DNA of 64,000 bases from Candidatus Iainarchaeum sp. GTDB taxonomy: Archaea > Iainarchaeota > Iainarchaeia > Iainarchaeales > JAFCCW01. How positions within the stretch are numbered: the stretch's first letter is position 1; every line of letters begins with the position of its first letter. Position numbers and translations under genes: made by a program. This document shows, piece after piece, positions 59,061 to 64,000 of the stretch. The notes beneath the pieces are model-generated. The model was not told the origin of the DNA, did no database searches, and saw only the letters and a list, made by a program, of their open reading frames with translations. The stretch lies in NCBI GenBank assembly GCA_017609985.1, contig JAFCCW010000013.1, positions 36,429 to 100,428 of the forward strand, given 5' to 3'.

Positions 59061-59702
59061 GTGAATAAATTGAAACAGAATCCTAAAAGTCTTTTGAAAG
59101 AAGTAAGTTCTGATTTAAGCACTGGCAAGGAATTCAGTTTTTGGAAGCATTTAAACAAGCTTGAAAAAATTGCTCCTCATTTTTCGGAAAAAGTTAATGG
59201 AGTAATTGAAGAAAACGTAACAGTAAAGGGCAGGTTATTTCTTGGAAAGGGGTCTATAATTAAGTCTGGAACCTATATTGAAGGAAATGTTTTCATTGAC
59301 AAAAACTGTGAAATAGGACCTTTTGCATTTATAAAAAAACAAGCCTTGATTGGAAATGGCAGCAAGATTGGCAGAGCAGATATTTCAAATTCTATTTTTC
59401 TTGAAAAAGCATATGCAAAACATTTTTCATATGTTGGAGATTCAATTCTTGGAAAAAATACAAATCTTGGGGCTGGAACAAAACTTGCAAACTATCGTTT
59501 TGATGAAGCAACAATTTCTTCAAAAATTTCCGGAAAAAAAATTGATTCCGGAAGAAAAAAACTCGGGTGTGTTCTTGGAAACAATTCAAAAACAGGAATC
59601 AATGTTTCAATAAACTGCGGGGTTCAAATTGGAAAAAATTGTTTAATCAGCCCCGGGGCTTATGTAAAAAACAATTTGTCCAACAGGCAAAAATTTCCTT
59701 AA
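59061..59702 (+). CDS. GlmU-like left-handed beta-helix acetyltransferase domain only
   Basis: Hexapeptide repeats, HFSYVGDS, GAGT, SGRKKLG; no nucleotidyltransferase domain. Confidence 0.82.
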   Translation: MNKLKQNPKSLLKEVSSDLSTGKEFSFWKHLNKLEKIAPHFSEKVNGVIEENVTVKGRLFLGKGSIIKSGTYIEGNVFIDKNCEIGPFAFIKKQALIGNGSKIGRADISNSIFLEKAYAKHFSYVGDSILGKNTNLGAGTKLANYRFDEATISSKISGKKIDSGRKKLGCVLGNNSKTGINVSINCGVQIGKNCLISPGAYVKNNLSNRQKFP

Positions 59703-59706
59703 TAAA

Positions 59707-62700
59707 TCAGGAACCTAGTTCTTCGCCAGTAATTGCATTAATATATTTTCTTCTTTCAATGCCGTCTTTTCTCTTAAGAATTGCTTCATAGATTGGCATG
59801 TAAACAGTTGAAATACTTTTAACAGAAACATTTTTCCAGAGCTTTTTCAGCATCTTAGGAATATCTTTTTCGCTGACTTTTTCAATCTCAATATTCAAGG
59901 CTTCCTGTTCAGAAACTGGCAGAGAATTCATTGAAGAAAGCATTGGGTGAAGAGGGTTAACAGGCAAATCCATGTTTCCCTTCAGGCAATAAATATACTG
60001 ATTTTTTTCTCGGATTCTCTCAACAATTTCCTTTTGTGCAAGAGCGTCAAGAACCTTTACTGCCTTCATTTCTTCAAGCCCTGTTTCCGCAGTGATTTCG
60101 TTTAGAGTTTTTTTCTGAGCAGACAGCGCGTGAATTATATCAATATCACTTGAGTTAAGTTCTTTAAGTTTTGAAAGTCCACTGCTTTCAATAATTTTTT
60201 CCTTAAAGTGAACAAATTCTCCTGAAACTGCATTGATGAACGCAGAGCCTTCTCTAAAAGTATTTTTTGCACTAAAAATATGATATTTTACTTTGTAAAC
60301 AGGAGCATACTTCAGGAAAATATCATCAATTATTTCATCTTCCCCAAACAATCCAAGAAGTTTCTTTTTTCTCATCTTGCTGAAAATTTTTCTTGCACTC
60401 TCAAGAGAAACTCGTTCAGGAAATGTATGCAAAGCTGTACCCTCTGCAATCTCAAGTTGTGTCTCTGTTTTTGCAGTTGCTTTTTCTTCTTCAAATTCCC
60501 TTTCGCTTTCCTCCGCAAGCTCTTCAGCAATTGTTTCCTCGCTTTCAATTCCTGGAATCGCAATCGTTCCAGTTTTGTTGTTAAGCACTGCTCCTTTTTT
60601 CACAAGGCTTTGAACAACTTCTTTTGTGCTGACACTTACCTTGTATTTTGCATTAAGTGTTCTGATTGTTGCCTCAACTTTTTCAGCATCAAGCGAACCA
60701 GCTCTTTCAAGACTTGCAAAAACCATTCCGATTGCCAGAGTCTTAACCTGTTCCGGGTTAAGGTCTCTCTGCAGTTCAGTTGTCACTGCTTCTCTTCCCT
60801 CGTGTTGGCTCATTCTTGGCCTGATGTTCATAATGAATGCTCTGCTTGTTTCCTCTCTTCGGTCACCAGTCAATGCAGTTCCAACTGGAAGTGTCTTGAT
60901 AAAAGATGCAGCCTTGTAACTGTGCGGAACAATTGTTGGAGTTCTCTTGAAAACAGCTTTTACATCGTCATCAAAAACAAGCTTGTGAGACATGATTATG
61001 TCAAGCTGGCTTAACACTTTTGAATCAATTGCGGAAGGCTGCTGTGTTGCAAAAACAAGAGAACAGCCTGGCTGTCTTCCCTGCTTTACATACTCTACTA
61101 GCGCATTTGAAGCAGGAGTTTTAGTGTTTCCGCCAGGAATAAGAGTGTGAGCCTCATCAATAAAAAGCCAGGTTGGCGGAATTTCAACCTCTAGCATTTC
61201 ATCAAGGTCAACTTCCTTGAATCTCTGAGTTGCCTCTCGTCTGGTTGACTTTTTTCTTGCAGCAAGAATTCTCCTTGCAAGAATCCCGATGACCAAAGCA
61301 GAAACATTGTCGTCAAGAAAAGAAGTGTCAATAATTGAAAGTTGCCCCTCTCTTGAAACCTCTCCCAACGGAGTTCCCCTTGAAGAAAAAATTCCCCAGC
61401 TCTTTGCAGCATCAAATCTGCTGACCAAAGCACGAATCGAATCAGGCTTGTAACCTCTATCGCTTGAATTAAGTTCCGAGTCATGCTCAAGACATTGAAT
61501 AACATCTTCAAGACCATATTTGCCTGCTTTTCCTTTTACAAATTTTTCATCCTTTGTCTTGTAACCATCCCTTGTTTTCACAAGACCTTTTTCAAGCAAC
61601 AAACCACTTGGAGAAAATCTTTCAATTCCAAAAGTCAGACACCAGTCATCTGCTGTTAGCAATGCTGGCGGAATCGCAAAAGTATTGTCATAAGTTTCCT
61701 TTGGAACCTCTCCCTTCAATCCCTCTGGAATAAACACAGTTATATTCTCAAGCCCCTCTGGTTCAAGACCCCACTTGCCTAAAATTTCCAGTTCCCTCTC
61801 TTCCTTGTTTGGAAAACGCATACTCCAGAAAACACCAATCGGGTCAATCACAAGAATTCCAACATTCTTGTTCTTTTTTGCAAGCTCTTCAGCAATAACT
61901 CCAAGGACGTAACTCTTTCCCGAACCACGGGCACCGCAAACAAAAACAACGTGTGGATTTAATGCATCAAGAAAAACATCAGATTCATTGAATGCATCCT
62001 CACTCACTCTGCCGACATGAAGCGCGGCATCATAACCATATTTTTTGAAAACAGTTGACTTTCTTCCAATGAACACATTGTTCTGGTCGTTAAGAAAAGA
62101 AAGTTCTGGTTTAATGATTGGTTTATTTATCTTTAGCGCTGCTGCCTTTGAAGCAAGCTCTTTAACACCCTCTTCCCTCACACCCACCTCAACCTCTTCG
62201 TCAAAGGGCTCTAATCGCTCCACAGATGCCTTTGCTGCCTTGTCAAGAATTATGTCTTTAATCATTTGCTTTTTTAACTCGTTTTCCCTTGGAAGCTTTT
62301 TGCCTGATTTATTTGCTCTGTCTTTTTTTTCAGAAAGATTTTTTCCTTTTTCTTTGTCTTCGTTCAAATCAACTTCTTCTTCATCCTCTTCTTCAAGTTC
62401 ACTCTCTTCCTCTAAATCATCTTCGTCTTCATCCAAGTTTTCTTCGTCATCTTCTTCAAGTTCTTCAACATCAGTTTCTTCCTTCAAATCAGTTTCCTGA
62501 CTCTCAGATTCTTTCTCAGCAATAGTTGCTTCCAGTGAAGCTTTTTCTTCATCTGCTTTTCGCTTAGCTTCCTCTTTTTCCATCTGATTTTTCAGCTCCG
62601 CAGCTTTTTCCTTCAGTCTCTTTTTTGCAAGTTTTTCCTCTTCATCCTCTTCAAACGTGTCTCCAAACAGTTCATCCTCACTGTCATCAATGCCATGTTC

Positions 62701-62805
62701 AACCCTGTTTCCGAGAGACCTTGCCTTTAGGGGCTCTTCTGAGTCCAAAACAGGCTCTTTTGCTTCATTTTCCACAGAGCTAACGCTCTTTTTCTCTTCA
62801 GCCAT
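59707..62805 (-). CDS. HerA/FtsK-like (DUF87) ATPase with acidic N-terminus and C-terminal winged-helix-like region
   Basis: GARGSGKS, VIDP, LFIDEAH, GRQPG, ATQQP. Confidence 0.85.
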   Translation of the reverse strand: MAEEKKSVSSVENEAKEPVLDSEEPLKARSLGNRVEHGIDDSEDELFGDTFEEDEEEKLAKKRLKEKAAELKNQMEKEEAKRKADEEKASLEATIAEKESESQETDLKEETDVEELEEDDEENLDEDEDDLEEESELEEEDEEEVDLNEDKEKGKNLSEKKDRANKSGKKLPRENELKKQMIKDIILDKAAKASVERLEPFDEEVEVGVREEGVKELASKAAALKINKPIIKPELSFLNDQNNVFIGRKSTVFKKYGYDAALHVGRVSEDAFNESDVFLDALNPHVVFVCGARGSGKSYVLGVIAEELAKKNKNVGILVIDPIGVFWSMRFPNKEERELEILGKWGLEPEGLENITVFIPEGLKGEVPKETYDNTFAIPPALLTADDWCLTFGIERFSPSGLLLEKGLVKTRDGYKTKDEKFVKGKAGKYGLEDVIQCLEHDSELNSSDRGYKPDSIRALVSRFDAAKSWGIFSSRGTPLGEVSREGQLSIIDTSFLDDNVSALVIGILARRILAARKKSTRREATQRFKEVDLDEMLEVEIPPTWLFIDEAHTLIPGGNTKTPASNALVEYVKQGRQPGCSLVFATQQPSAIDSKVLSQLDIIMSHKLVFDDDVKAVFKRTPTIVPHSYKAASFIKTLPVGTALTGDRREETSRAFIMNIRPRMSQHEGREAVTTELQRDLNPEQVKTLAIGMVFASLERAGSLDAEKVEATIRTLNAKYKVSVSTKEVVQSLVKKGAVLNNKTGTIAIPGIESEETIAEELAEESEREFEEEKATAKTETQLEIAEGTALHTFPERVSLESARKIFSKMRKKKLLGLFGEDEIIDDIFLKYAPVYKVKYHIFSAKNTFREGSAFINAVSGEFVHFKEKIIESSGLSKLKELNSSDIDIIHALSAQKKTLNEITAETGLEEMKAVKVLDALAQKEIVERIREKNQYIYCLKGNMDLPVNPLHPMLSSMNSLPVSEQEALNIEIEKVSEKDIPKMLKKLWKNVSVKSISTVYMPIYEAILKRKDGIERRKYINAITGEELGS

Positions 62806-62976
62806 TCAATAACAATATTCCATTTAGATATATTAAGGTTTTGCTTTGAATCTGTTCTTGCTTTGAAAAAGTGTAATAAAAATTTTTTTTGTTTTATTGT
62901 CTTGATTCTTGAGAAAAGCCTTTTTAAGGATAAAGTTTTTATATATAACAAATTTTAACTGGTTGGGGATTGGGAA

Positions 62977-64000
62977 GTGTTTTATAAAAAAGCTTTAAGT
63001 ATAGCATTAGGTCTAATAGTTATAGTCTTATTTCTCGTGCCTGCTTTTTCTCTTGATTTAAATCTTGTAAGCCCTTCTGGAAACAGTTTTCTGAACAAAT
63101 GGCAAACGATTGACTTCAATTCGAGTGGGGGAATTTTTGACCTGAATATTGGTTTGTCAGACAATGCAGGCGACTTCAATTATTTTGTGGGCTATGACTT
63201 GAATTTGTCCACCCAAAAAAACCTGCCACTTTACTACGAGACGTTTGAATCATATGCTGCTGTCAGAAAAAATAATGGCTCGATTAACGGCTCGCCAGAA
63301 ATTGTTTCCGGGCACAATGAAAATGGGTTTCTTTTCAATGGTTCAACCGACTACATAGCGTTGGCAGATAGCTTTACTCAAGACCTGTTAAGCAATTATA
63401 CTTTGTCAGTATGGTTTAAGGCAGATTCTACAAGTGGATTAAGTGGAATTTTTGCAAAAGATGGGGGTGCTGGTAAAGATGTGTATCAACTAAGAATAAA
63501 CAATGGTTCACTTGAAGCTTACATTCGAGATGGAAGTAGTTCTGATGCTACTCTCTCCTATGCAATTTCTACAGGAGAATGGTATAATGCAGTTATAACA
63601 AATGATGGTTCAAAGATTTCGCTTTATGTAAATGGAAATTTTAAAGATTCTTCAACAAACTCCCTAGGAGCAATTACTCCCAATGAGTCATTTTATATTG
63701 GTGACATAATAAGTCCACCCAATTATTCATTTGAAGGAGTTATTGATGATATAGCAATCTACAACTACGCAAAATCCAGCGAAGAAATCGCCTACGACTA
63801 TAATGAGAGTGTTCTCAAATATTATCCTTATCCTTTGGATGCAAAGTCTGGTTCTGACACAAACTCGTGGAGATTCAACTGGAATTCCAGGCAGGCATTG
63901 ATGGACGACGGAGTTTTATTATATCTTCCGTTTGACAACATTGGCGACTGGAACTCGCAGCTTGGAGCAGTTGATGCAAACCTTGTCAAAGATTTTTCCA
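62977..64000 (+). CDS. Secreted LamG-domain protein (runs off window)
   Basis: Hand translation from GTG: signal peptide; FNGSTDYI, YTLSVWFK, WYNAVIT, LYVNG, FEGVIDDIAIYN. Confidence 0.85.
   Translation, partial: MFYKKALSIALGLIVIVLFLVPAFSLDLNLVSPSGNSFLNKWQTIDFNSSGGIFDLNIGLSDNAGDFNYFVGYDLNLSTQKNLPLYYETFESYAAVRKNNGSINGSPEIVSGHNENGFLFNGSTDYIALADSFTQDLLSNYTLSVWFKADSTSGLSGIFAKDGGAGKDVYQLRINNGSLEAYIRDGSSSDATLSYAISTGEWYNAVITNDGSKISLYVNGNFKDSSTNSLGAITPNESFYIGDIISPPNYSFEGVIDDIAIYNYAKSSEEIAYDYNESVLKYYPYPLDAKSGSDTNSWRFNWNSRQALMDDGVLLYLPFDNIGDWNSQLGAVDANLVKDFS

Overview
Gene-dense, AT-rich archaeal chromosome segment, probably DPANN; Iainarchaeota/Diapherotrites is my guess from gene content and style, not tested. 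Core content: (1) N-glycosylation genes (GT2, Alg13/Alg14-like pair, AglH/GPT-like, AglB); (2) a stand-alone 5S rRNA, tbp and rpl21e-rpoF-DUF655-ksgA; (3) a de novo pyrimidine cluster (pyrB, pyrD, pyrK, pyrC, pyrE, pyrF) bracketed by AMP phosphorylase and a ribose-1,5-bisphosphate isomerase-like gene; (4) ftsZ-secE-spt5-rpl11-rpl1-rpl10-rpl12; (5) an SMC-family gene; (6) the exosome/proteasome superoperon; (7) tRNA-Gly(CCC), glmM, a HerA-like ATPase and LamG surface proteins. Most notable unexplained signals: two dispersed ~62-nt intergenic elements sharing a structured RNA motif with a covarying pseudoknot (11001-11062 minus, 27272-27332 plus); an SMC with canonical heads but a central CPVC zinc hook instead of a hinge; a 450-bp pilin segment in which every degenerate codon ends in A or C; a Doc toxin plus a convergent 27-aa antitoxin-like peptide inserted at the pyrD/pyrK junction between 13-bp direct repeats; a surface-protein gene broken by a 17-bp tandem amplification; and D-x-N enrichment in secreted proteins. 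All calls come from manual reading and motif recognition; no searches were run.
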